From Callorhinchus milii (lineage: Eukaryota), in contig NW_024704742.1 of assembly GCF_018977255.1 (NCBI RefSeq), forward strand, positions 16,556,001 to 16,620,000: a stretch of 64,000 nt of DNA, read 5' to 3'. The notes under the pieces are model-generated. The model searched no databases and had not been told where the DNA came from. It saw only the letters and a list, made by a program, of their open reading frames with translations. The position numbers and the translations under genes are program-made. The stretch's first letter is position 1; each line of letters opens with the position of its first letter. Shown here one piece after another: positions 27,040-38,141 of this stretch.

Positions 27040-28340
27040 AGGAGGGCTTCGGGCTGTGGTACACTCTGAACATCACCCTCTGGGAAAAAAAACTACTGCA
27101 CTCCTCTCCTCTCCTCTCCTCCCGTTACCAGGCGTTTGAACCGTTACTCAGTGAAATGCAGAGCGTTTGCGCGCAACGGGGTATCTGTGCGCATTTCATT
27201 CACACAGTTCAGAAGGACACACCAATGAGCTCCAACTCAGCAAAACATTGCCGAACATCATTTTAATGTGTTGCTTTTCGGGCCGGAGATGGGAGGGGGG
27301 GGTTTGCAGAGATGCAAAACCGCAATGTTGGAACGCAGTGAGCCGCGAGGAGGCGCTCGCGTTCCTTGACTCCACTGTACGTGACTCCAACGTATGGAGC
27401 AAATTGCTAAGGAAAAAGCAGGTATTTCTGTTCCTTGGCTGAGTGTTTTGTTTTCCTCTTTTTTCTTTATATAAAAATAATCCGCTCGTCCAGTCACAGA
27501 CACAGAGAGCAAACAACACCATCTGTTGATGCGTTTTCCCTTTGGTTTTCCAGAAAAGGTAAAGTCATTCCCACCAGTTATTCGGTTTTTAGAGGGGAGG
27601 AAAAAAAACAGCAAAAAGGGGAAATCGGATCCTGTCACTGCTGAATCTGGACAGCAAATGCCTGTGTTACAATTCTTTATTCTTAGAGAGAGAGAGAGAG
27701 AAAAACACTTCCAGCGGCTGTTTATTTTTTTATTATTATTGTTAGATGTCTGTAAAGTAAAGTGGGAAGTGCGGGAGGTGGTTTTGTTGAAGCTGGAAGT
27801 GCATTGCTGTGTGTCTCGGGGGCTCCTGGTGCTGGAGCACAGGATTGTGGTGCCATATTGCGCTTGGTTTGCGTGAGGGGGCGCCGAGCTGTTCTTTGAC
27901 TCCAGGTTTAACAACTCCGCAAGCTGTGGGGAAATGGTCGCTGGTCGATGTGGATGAGAAGCGGTGGAGGGTGGTCTCCAGTGCAAACGATCTGCCCAAT
28001 GCGTCCTGTCACTGGTGTGCAGGACAGCACACAGTACTTTCCAACTTGCGCTCTGAATCCCTCCGTTCACCAATGCGCCTTCAGCCAGCGAGCTCAGGGC
28101 ATGTTTAATGCATGCGTTTTAATACCTCATGTTACAAAAAAAAACGTTCAGCTCTTAACACTAAATACACATCATTATCTTGCGATTCAGAAACTGGAAT
28201 ACCGCTGCCTTTGGACATTGCACTCCATCAACTGAATTGCTCTTGGGGACAACGTGCTGAATTCTGAATTGCAATCACTGGGACCAACCCGTGCATTTTA
28301 AAGTGGCTGCAATCGTGTTGTGATGCTGTTCGTCGAGAGC
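27040..28340. promoter_or_regulatory. Second CpG-enriched region about 3-4 kb upstream (possible alternative promoter or enhancer)
   Basis: Many unmutated CpGs (e.g. gcgcgcaacggg, gagccgcgaggaggcgctcgcg), no recognisable TE, donor-like CAG|GTATTT at 27421/27422. Confidence 0.45.
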
Positions 28341-28780
28341 AGTGCAACCAGATCACTGGTTTCTGTTTAAATAATTGGCATTCTTGAAAGGCAGGAGCCT
28401 CTTTAATAAATCGGTAATTTGCCTAAAAAGAGAGACGCAGCCACCCTGTGTGTTTTCTTGACAGCTTGTTCCATGTAAGAATCGCTAAAATAGGAAGCAA
28501 AAATTATGCCACAGTGCTGGAAATGTAAAATAAGTAAAAGCTGCATCTGCTTCTCTCGGAGGGTCATACACAATCGGGTGTTGTTTTTTTTTGTATTTTG
28601 ACGATGAGTTCAGCTCTCTGTCTCTCTCTCTGTTTCTGCACTGTCCAGGCTGAACCAGACCTGCACCATCAGTTTGTTTTACGTTGCAGTTGGAAGGCTG
28701 ACCAAATTATTCTTGCAATGAACTGCTTTGTATTTAATTAATTTATGATGATACATTAAATTGCCTTACACAAAACCAGG

Positions 28781-28860
28781 TTATATATATGTGTATATAT
28801 GTATATATATGTATGTATATATATATATATATATATATTAAGTGTATATATATATATACA
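28781..28860. repeat. (TA)n/(TG) microsatellite
   Basis: Read directly. Confidence 0.9.
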
Positions 28861-30865
28861 CTTAAATAATTCGGATTGATTGTCAGAAGCCTTGACCGAC
28901 TCCGCTAATCTTGTTGACTTCCATCCACACTCGGTATCAGTTGGAGTGACTGGAACCACAGTGAGACCAGAGCGTTTCTCACAGTCCCACAGACTGCTCA
29001 GCAATGGGGTCAGACTGGACTGCAGGTCTGTGGAGCTCCAGGGTGATCACCCCAATGGTGCATAACATGTTCTGCCTGTCAGGGGAACAGTGCAGCTCTG
29101 CCTCTTCAGATATTTTTTTTAAAAAGTCTCAGGAGATCCCTGGAGAGGGGACCAATGGCCATGTCAGCACCAACTATTCCAGATGCACTTTACTCAGCGA
29201 GATCGAGTGAGCGAGACTCGAATAGTTATTTCAAAGTTTTTGAACGCGTTGAATAGTTTAGATCTTCAAAAAATGTACTGACAGTTTGCTCACCCTCTGC
29301 AAGGAATCGCTTGAGATAATGTTGTCTTGTTACGAAGGGAATCGGGAATCCAATCTCTGCTCATTTTGTGAAAGCGTTATTGCAATGACTTTGGCCTCAA
29401 AAAAAAGCATATGACATACTGTATATCCACATTACTATGTTTCACGTCAGTTACACCGAGTGAATTATCACCTGGATACAATTTAAGCTACGAAAATGGT
29501 GTGTTATTCCTATCAGTGGTCAGTGAAACATCCTATATCATACCAATATTTTAGACTTAAGTCCAATATTGCATTCTTGGATCAAGCGAGTGTTATTTTA
29601 AAGTCATAAGACGTTAGTGCCGACAACTTCCAAGGTGGGAGAGTTTGAAGAGAGCTCCTACAACACATGGACCCCCCCCCCCCCCTCCAACACACACACA
29701 TACCTCTGTACAAGTGGAGTGTGAGGCTGGGAACAGCTATACACCCATTTCATTCCAGACCTTCACAACTCGCTGCTGAACTTATCAGATCATCCCTCCC
29801 ACCTCTGTGTATCATCAATCCATAAATGGAAAACAAAATAAGAAAAAAATGATTCAAAGTGTGTTTCCTTAGCAGGATTTCTTGTCCATATTTCTGACAG
29901 TGTAAGCAAGTTAACTTTATACAGTAGAACAACAGACACGTACAGCATAGAAGAAGGCCAATCAGTGTCTCTATCCCATTGACTAGATTTTCGGTGTGAT
30001 AAAAAATGTGTCAAATTAAAATCAATTTAGAAGTAATCAATAAGTCAAAAAAAAAGCTCATTAGTTATAGTAAACTGTATAATTTGTTTTTGAGTAGTAC
30101 ATTTGCGTGGGCAGGGCGAGAAGGCGGGAGATTACAGGATCTCCAAGCGCTGGTATAACAAGCACTACATGTTCATTCATAAACTAGAACTCAAAGAGCT
30201 GACAGCCCAGAGGTAATTACTTTTTTCGTCCTCTTGATTATCTTACAGGGAAACTGCACCTTGTAGTTATAATCGGGCAAAGTGGCTGATATGATATGGA
30301 ATTCACTGGATAATAAGTTTTTTTTTCAAATTTCTAACATGTCACTCATCACTCCGTTTAAGTGCATATCTTTTCAAAGGATTTAGTTTGACTGCAGCTT
30401 GAACCCGGTCCCATCAGCATTCTTCTAACTTTTTTTTTCAAAATAGGTATTAGAAACCCAAAGGAAAAAAAAACCTCTTGTTATAACTAAAAGGTTCAAT
30501 CGAAAAAAATGTTCATTGTTGTCCTCATACTGTACTGTGAAACTTTATAACGTGATTCCCTTTTCCATTCAAACCCAGGTGATGTTTCACAGTCACTGTA
30601 CCTCTACCAGGACAACACGGTGCTATTAAGGTGCAGTTGTGTGTCATATCTGTTTTAATTTTTAAAAAAAAATCCAATCTGTAGTTGGTTAAACCGAGAG
30701 ATAGAGGTCCCAAATAACCTGTGTCAGGGGGACATCACATCATATGCTGAGTTACTGATGGGGACACAATGCATGGACTTAAATCACCTTTGCTTGTAGT
30801 GTGTGGGGAGCGGGGAGATGCTCCAGTGCCATTCATTGCCGGAATGTACAGCAAGTACAGTACAG

Positions 30866-30966
30866 TGTGTATGTATGTATGTATGTATGTATGCATGTAT
30901 GCATGCATGTATGTATGCATGTATGTGCAGGCAGCACGGACTTTCCTTTCGAGCAAGTTATTGCTG

Positions 30967-31003
<37 letters not shown>

Positions 31004-31012
31004 GGGGGGGGT
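30866..31012. repeat. Compound microsatellites (ATGT/ATGC)n, (TG)n(AG)n and poly-G upstream of SPOCK3
   Basis: Read directly. Confidence 0.9.
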
Positions 31013-31109
31013 TGTCACGCTGGATGCGTACTTGCTCGCTTGCTCTGTGCGCAGGTTGCCCGCCCCCCCCCCCCCCCCCCCTCTCCCCTCCCCTCCCCTC
31101 TCTCTCTCA

Positions 31110-31207
31110 GTCACTCAGGGCGCTGGAGATCGCGCCGCGCGGAGCTGTGGAGGGAGGGAGGGCAGAGCAACAGCAACAGCAAAGCGCGGAGCTGCAGCTA
31201 AAGCAAG
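31110..31207 (+). other. SPOCK3: Probable non-coding 5' UTR exon of SPOCK3 (5' boundary uncertain)
   Basis: GC/CpG-rich segment ending in donor-like AAG|GTGACC (GT 31208-31209). The 168-nt intron 31208-31375 has branch-like CTTAAC and ACTCAC and no AG from about 31300 to the acceptor. Inferred from splice signals only. Confidence 0.55.
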
Positions 31208-31375
31208 GTGACCACTCGCCTCTCCCACCAGCCAAGGAAAAGTGCCCCCCACTTAACTTTCACATGCACCCCCCACTGCACCCCCATACTCACACACAGG
31301 CACGGGAATCATTTTATTTTCCCCTCTCTCTCTCTCTCTCTCCCTCCTCTCTCTCTCTCCTCTCTCTCTCTGCAG

Positions 31376-31537
31376 ATGATAAGGGCTCTGGTGTGTGTTG
31401 CCGCCGTGGCTTTCCTGCACACGGAAGGTAGGCAAAGAGCCACGTCGGACAGCGGCAATTTTCTGGATGATAAGCAATGGCTGACGACTATCTCACAGTA
31501 TGACAGCGAGCCCGGGCACTGGAACAAATTCAGAGAC
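31376..31537 (+). CDS. SPOCK3: Testican-3 (SPARC/osteonectin, CWCV and Kazal-like domains proteoglycan 3), first coding exon, 54 codons: signal peptide plus N-terminal conserved region
   Basis: Translates to MIRALVCVAAVAFLHTEGRQRATSDSGNFLDDKQWLTTISQYDSEPGHWNKFRD. The GNFLDDKQWLTTISQYD...WNKFRD segment matches SPOCK3 as I recall it, and fits SPOCK1 (GNFLDNDQWLSTVSQYD) and SPOCK2 (GNFMEDEQWLSSISQY) less well. A long CT tract and TGCAG acceptor (AG 31374-31375) lie directly before the ATG; a consensus donor GAC|GTAAGT is at 31538, phase 0. Confidence 0.95.
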
Positions 31538-31604
31538 GTAAGTAACACAGCTTTTTTTTTCTCTCTCTCTCCTTTAAGTGGCGTGTTTTTTTTCCCCATC
31601 TTCT

Positions 31605-31775
31605 TCTTGTTCTTGTTGTTGTTGTTGTTGTTGTGTGCTATTTGCCAGTGATGGGAACCAGGAGTGAGCGTGTGGGTGTGTGAGTGTGAGAGAGAGAGAG
31701 AGAGAGAGGGAAATACAGACAGAGAGAGCATCCGAACTGTATTGCTCCTGAACTCCTCGCAATCTCTTCACTGCG

Positions 31776-31808
<33 letters not shown>

Positions 31809-32821
31809 TTTCTGTATCTTTTCACCCTCTTCACCCTCTCCTTTCCATCACCAAACTTCAAGGGTTTGGTGGCAGGATGTCACACGCAGACTTTAAACCA
31901 TCCACCGACACCGATTTTTCGTTTAAAGGGCTGCGGTGAGAGCTGTAGGTATCAGAGATGTGTTGGTTACTCCGATCTCCTGTCCTCAGATCTGTACCAA
32001 CAGTGCAATGATTATTATTATTATTACTATTATTATTATAACAGTGCAGACCTCAATAGGAATTGCAAAACGATCTGAAACAGCTTTAAATACTTTTTTT
32101 TGTGTGTGTGGTTAACGTTACGACCTAAAGCCCTTTTTTTATGAAGACGAACTGCAGCCCATAATCCGTATAAAAAAAAATGTGTAAAAGATGGGGACAC
32201 ATTCTGGCAGCATTTTGGGTCAATGAGAGCGTCGTTCGAGCACAACACTCGCAGATCGGACTCAGTCCGAAGACCGTTCAGTATTCCCGGTGTAAGATTT
32301 TTTTTTTTAACGCGTGACCTTAACATCTGTTCGCTTTGGAGTTCAATCGATCGGGTTCTTTGACGCGGGTTTGCGGTGTGGCCTCAGTTTGCTCCGATTC
32401 TGGACAAGTCAACAGCAAACAAATCAAAAAGAAATGAGCAGATTTGCCAAACTGTTCCCGCAAAACAAACAGGACGGACATCCCACCATATCAACCGAGA
32501 AGAGGGCGAGAAGCCAAACCAAAGCCGTTTAAAGGAAAGACCGAGTGCGTTTCCCGGAGATGAGGGGCAAAAAGGGGGAGAGAAAAAAAAACACACACAC
32601 GAGTAAACGTGAGCTGCAGCTGTTAAAAAGGCACCGAGATCTGCTCTCTCTGGAGGGCGTTCGTGTGCAAGTGGCGAACTCTGGTCTGGTTTAAGCGCAA
32701 ATGTTTTCTTGGCAGTGACAGAGATCTCCCCACCAGACAGACCACCGTGACTGTGAGAGCAGCCGCACACCTACTCTTTGCATTAACTTTACTTACTTAC
32801 TGACCCGCACACACACACACC

Positions 32822-32852
<31 letters not shown>
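31605..32852. repeat. Intronic microsatellites: (TTG)n about 31610, (GA)n 31688-31708, (CT)n 31776-31812, (ATT)n 32011-32039, (CA)n 32808-32851
   Basis: Read directly. Confidence 0.9.
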
Positions 32853-32854
<2 letters not shown>

Positions 32855-33237
32855 AGCGCAGATCCAACTGAGACTCGCAACCTGATCCGAGACCGCCCAC
32901 AGTGACTGGGAGATACATTGGGAGCTCTCCCCCGTGTTTAGTGGTTTGCGTGTTATCCGCTGTTTGTGAACGATCTCCTTCTGGTGATCACATCTATTTG
33001 AGGTTTTTCGTGTTCTCTCAATCCAATGCCATCCTTCGCGTTCCTCAGCGCACACAACAAAATGTGTTCAAATGAAAAGGATATATTTGTAGCGGGACAT
33101 CTGACGTTTCTTATTCTTAATAATACTGATACGCGATTTTGATACGGGTGTTATGACAATTCTGGGAATGTAATAAGTTGTATTAAGACTGAAGACAAAT
33201 AGTTTAAAATGGTTCAGCTTTATCCAGGTAAATAGCT

Positions 33238-33564
33238 GGTCTATATAGACTGCGAGGGTCTATAGAGACTGCGAGGGTCTATATAGACTGCGAGGGTCTA
33301 TAGAGACTGCGAGGGTCTATAGAGACTGCGAGGGTCTATAGAGACCGCGAGGGTCTATAGAGACTGCGAGGGTCTATAGAGACTGCGAGGGTCTATAGAG
33401 ACTGCGAGGGTCTATAGAGACCGCGAGGGTCTATAGAGACCGCGAGGGTCTCTATAGACCGCGAGGGTCTCTATAGACCGCGAGGGTCTCTATAGACCGC
33501 GAGGGTCTCTATAGACCGCGAGGGTCTATATAGACTGCGAGGGTCTATATAGACCGCGAGGGTC
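33238..33564. repeat. Minisatellite: 17 exact-length 19-bp units GGTCT(A/C)TA(T/G)AGAC(T/C)GCGAG plus a partial GGTC
   Basis: Units counted at a 19-bp period from 33238 to 33560. Confidence 0.97.
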
Positions 33565-33949
33565 CTAAGTTTGAGTGTTGGTCTATGCTGGGTCATCTGA
33601 TGTCAGATGGGGAACAAGTAGGTATGAACGCTATGTTCAGAGTTGTAACCCCTGGATTTAGGATGGGAAAAATCAGACAGGGCTCTTGTTCATAACCCCT
33701 GTTGGAACATGTATGTGTTTAGATATGAGGATGGGGTTCAGGCTCCCTTGTGATCCCTATATTGTCAAACCCTTGTGAACCGTATACAAAAGTGGCTTAT
33801 CTGTCCTGGATACTGTAGACTGACCATCACCAGTATCCCCAAGAGTATATAAAGCACAGCATATATAGTGCAGTACCCCCAAGTATACATGAAACAGCAA
33901 AATATCTTCAAGAATAGTGAGAAAAACATCTACTCTGGTGTCACAACTG

Positions 33950-34350
33950 ACAAGCCGATTTTAATTCGGGTAGATCGGCTTTTTTCCTGATCCTGGATAC
34001 GGATTCTGGCACAAACCACAGATTAATATACTCATCATCATGGAAGAGTTGTTACAGGCCATTAGTGTTTTGCAGGAAGGCAAAGCTCCAGGGCCAGATG
34101 GTTTCCCAGCTGATTTCTTTCACGAAATTGGCACTTGAATTGGCTTCCCTTTTATTGAAAGGCATCCATCATAATCAATGAAATAGGTTCCATGCCAAAA
34201 ATTTGAAGAGATAACCCCACCTCCTTTATTCTGAAGAAGCTTAAAGGTTATGTGAATTTTGCCTCCTGCCAGTCAATAGCTCAATTAAACTGTGGTTTAG
34301 AGCTACAAATCAACACTTGAAAATGATCAAGGATGTCACTGCCTCCAATT
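33950..34350 (+). pseudogene. Fossil L1/Tx1-clade LINE ORF2 (start of RT region)
   Basis: From ATG 34040: MEELLQAISVLQEGKAPGPDGFPADFFHE, matching the typical L1/Tx1 EEL..AI..L..GKAPGPDGF..EF motif; downstream CQSIAQLNC resembles YRPISLLNC. Confidence 0.75.
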
Positions 34351-35039
34351 ATCACATTGTAGATTGCATCAATTGAAATCCCATTAGACTACAATTTGGC
34401 CCATCTTGTGGATCTACATCTTTCATTACTTTTATTTCACAAGCCAGAGCTTCATTTTTCATTTTGTCAGGACACTTGACTCAAGATAACATTTCCTGAA
34501 CAAGATCTCTCTTCTTACACTATCGTGCTTGAGAATGACTAAACGGTTCTTACTTGTGCCATCAAAGGTCTTTAGGATTCCCCCCTCCCCCCCCCCCCCC
34601 CCACCCCGCACACACTACTACTACTGTTGATTGGTAGAGGAACTCCAGGTGTGATTTTAATATCTTAAATGGATTGATTTTTGGACCCTTGGAAAGTCAA
34701 GACTTGTTTTGTTGGCTGCTCTGGAACATTTTGCAAGGTTCATGACCTCATATCTTCTCTCCTGTTTCCCTGTCATTCCTTTAAGTATGTTGAAAATCTT
34801 GCTATTTCATCTATTTTGCTGTCTAACAGAGAATATTGTCAGGATGGGTAGTTTTGCTTTTGACCTTTGGCTCTAAAGCTTGTCTTCCTATCCCTTATGA
34901 ATATAGAAACAGGAGTATGTCATTCAGCTCATCGAGCCGTTATGTGAATGCATGTTATTATAATAATAGTCCATCCTTTTGATATAGAATCCATCATGTC
35001 AACGCGCTTCACAGTGTGCTCTCTGTATATTTTTAGGCA

Positions 35040-35305
35040 AAAGTGCCAACTAATTTTGTTTCTCTGAAGGATTATTGAACAGGATAGTGGCTGAAATTCC
35101 TCTTTTTAAATGTGTCACGGGATCGTTAACTTCCAACTGAATATCAGATAGGATCTCAGTTTAACGATTCAACCATAAGATGGTACCTCTGACAATTTAA
35201 CACTCCCCTGGCTAAACTTGAATGTCAGCCTAGAATATAAGATTTAAATTCTGATTTGGGACTTAACCTAGATATGAAAGTGTAACCAATTGAGCTAGGT
35301 GTTGC
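35040..35305 (-). mobile_element. Deu-domain SINE remnant
   Basis: gtcacgggatcgttaac...ctcagtttaacgattc...gtacctctgac..cactccc...tgtcagcctaga matches the reverse-complement Deu core. Confidence 0.55.
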
Positions 35306-36039
35306 ATGTTTTGGGAATAAAATGAAATATAACTTTTTGTAAATAATATAGTTGTTGATAGATTGGTTGCAGATTTCATAATGTTCTGGATATATATTCT
35401 TTAAGCAACAAACAATAATTGAGGGTTTCATAAGTAGTGCTTGCTCAGATAGGCATAATTGATAATTAGTAGAGCAGGGAAAGAAAATAGTTTGCATCCA
35501 CCTAGATTAAGATTTTGTGATTTTTTAAAAACAAATATGGAACTAAATTATATTTTACAGGTGAATTACATCCCTGTTATAACACAGCAATTGGTGTCTA
35601 TAATATCGCAATCAGCATTAAAATGTGGAGTGATTTTCCTCTGCCTGCATGTACTGTGCATGAGTGCAAAAAGTTGGCTGTCTTTTCACAATAAATAAAA
35701 CACTTCTGATTCATCAGAATGTCACTTCCTGTGCAATGTGCAAAGTGCAAGAAATGACATCAGTAACGACCTGATGACCAGAAAATTGAAAATTGTTTAG
35801 CATTTGGGAAGCCAATGTTTTGAGTGATCTTTCCGTTAGCATTTTGGATTTTTTGGTAGGCAAGTGTCAGGATCTACACCCAATTGTACTACATGTGAAT
35901 GCATGTTACAAAGAAGCAAAGGTTCTACTGTATATGCAATTTCATTGTTTATACATTAATTCAGAAAGACTTTGTATTATTATGGTGTCTTATCGTGTCA
36001 AAATCTTTCAAAGCATTTCACAGGTAATTGTTGTCAAGT

Positions 36040-36350
36040 GTGTAGACAGTTTTTGTCGACAGCCATTTGCATCAGCTGGGTCCCATAAATATCTATGAGG
36101 TGAATGACTAATTGGATTGATAGCCATTTCATCAAGACAACCATAGCCCTCTTCCTCTTTTCAAATAGTGTTATGGGATCTTTCCTTGTGGAACTTCAAT
36201 TCAGTTTTCATTCAAAAGACTGACAACAAAGCACTGCCTCAGTACTGCACTGTGTATTAACCTAGATTATGAGCTCAAATCCTGACATGGGTCTTGAACC
36301 AACAACTTCTGATACAGAGGAGAGAAAACTCACAACTGAACCAGGCTGAT
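36040..36350 (-). mobile_element. Deu-domain SINE remnant
   Basis: ttcaaatagtgttatgggatcttt...gcactgcctcagtactgcactg...cctagattatgagctcaa...cttgaacc.acaacttctga. Confidence 0.6.
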
Positions 36351-38141
36351 CCCTTGCCATATTGACTAGAGTTTAGCAGGGTATTCAACTAGGATTACAA
36401 GTAATAAAACTGTGTTTAAAGTTTAAATTGAAAACTGATGATAATACATGTTCAATTGTACTTTTATAAATATATTTAAAAACGTGCTTCATTCAATTTG
36501 AAGAAGCTACGGCTTTTGGCCTGTAATGTCAGCAGGTATCTGAGTTGGAGGGTAGCGGAGGGGAGGAACAGAATTTCTTGACTACTGGAATGCAAAGATT
36601 GTCAGAAAGGTTAACAAATAAATATCATTTAATACAGCATGGAACTAAGATGTTACATAGTAAACGTTTTGCCTTTGCTAGGTTACCAAACTCTGCTTTA
36701 GCCTCTCCAATTCATCCCTAATTCCATGTCATTCATGAAAGACTCCCACTGTCACCAAATATTGGGCCTCAGTGAGAACTATTCTCTAACTTGAGCACAT
36801 GCTTGTTCTTCAATCAATAGTGTATCAGTCCAAATTTATGATAAAGATACAGTAAGTGATGTCAGCAGGCAGTTAAACAGGAAGTCCTGTCCAGTAGTGG
36901 CCCAGAGTACAGGATGTATTCATCAAAAATATGCACCAAAAATGTTTCTCTTTACCATAATTAATGCAGTCCAGGGGGACAATAAAATAAATTTAGATTG
37001 CAGCTTTTGGGGCAAAGGTTAGGTATTGTCTATCAGTTTGCAGAAGGGAAGTTCCTTTGCAGTCATACTTGCATCATTCACCTTTCGACATTATAAGATA
37101 GTCCTCAACAATAATTTTATAATCACTGAGGAAATAATTCCCCATTGTATTTCAAAATTAAGATTGGCAGATGCAGATATAAATGCATACACAGAAAGAC
37201 ATTGTAGGTCAACCAAAGCCGTCACATGCTTACAAGATGTGCAGTACATCTGATAGCATCTAAACTAAACCTTTAAAGGATAAATATTTATTACTTTATT
37301 GTTTCAGAATTGAGTGTATGTAAATAATTTGATCATTGACTAATAAACACAAATAGATAACTGTTGGAGTAGATGTTATCAAATCCTCGATGTTGATTGT
37401 TGCCAGAAGACCGTTTACTCAAGCAAACGTGTATCACCGTGTCAACTGGGACAATCCATTTAGAGGAATGGTAGAAAGATTTTCTTTAAAAAGAGTCAGC
37501 AGAATACAATTGTGATATCCTTCAAAAATCCATTGTTATCCCCCCCAAGAGTGAATTAATGATATGCAGGATGCTCTGACAAACAATTTCTTGCTAATCA
37601 GTTGCAGATGATTTCTCAATGATCCTGGGGTAATAACATCACAGTCTTGTGTGAAGGTGTGCGAACATCAGTGCACATCAAGGATATGAAGTGCACTGAC
37701 AGTTGACATCTGCACTTTTAGCTGCTGCAGGGAAAAAGACAGAATAAAATCCTCGCATTAAATTGAAACACTGTATAAATAAATGCAGTTGAAGTTGTAT
37801 TTTTGTTATGTAATAATTTCAGATACTCTGGATTATATAAAGGCTGTAATCTAATTCTGGGGATTTAGATAATGCCTGTAGAGCTCTTGAGTTTTGCTTT
37901 CCGTTTGCGTTGTGAATGAAACTCATCAATCAGATGGCTGCCTTCTAATCACTTCCAGAAATGCATTAATCTACAAATAAAAACTTTATGATGGGAGCTG
38001 AAATTCATGCATTCTGATCTGTAATCTTTCAATGCACTTCAACAATGTTGGCATGATGTCTCACAGTTTTAAAACTCCAGGGAGAATGTTAAGAACACAG
38101 TAAATGGAGGGAACCTCAAAACTGCTGACGTGAAACTTCAT

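Larger units (their letters stand above)
30730..33100. promoter_or_regulatory. CpG-enriched promoter / first-intron region of SPOCK3
   Basis: CG dinucleotides are visibly dense versus CpG-depleted flanks; poly-G (31001-31012) and C-rich tracts (31059-31100); surrounds the first exons; no SINE/LINE copies seen. Confidence 0.7.

Noticed and set aside
27554..27558. 5-nt microexon (ttttccag|AAAAG|gtaaag)
   Set aside because: Upstream of the CDS with no supporting context; such patterns arise by chance.
27258..28073. 271-aa minus-strand ORF as a gene
   Set aside because: No recognisable domain; it reads through (AG)n and A/T runs, and GC-rich regions give open frames by chance.
31208..31651. Whole 147-aa ORF as the CDS
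   Set aside because: Only 31376-31537 is SPOCK3-like; the flanks are intron (CT tract, T runs) bounded by consensus splice sites.
33238..33564. CRISPR array
   Set aside because: The palindromic repeats are separated by an invariant 5-nt linker with no unique spacers; there are no cas genes and the context is vertebrate.
35765..35800. Minimal hammerhead ribozyme (CTGATGA-CCA-GAAA)
   Set aside because: No stem II, no stem I partner, and the cleavage triplet would end in G, violating NUH.
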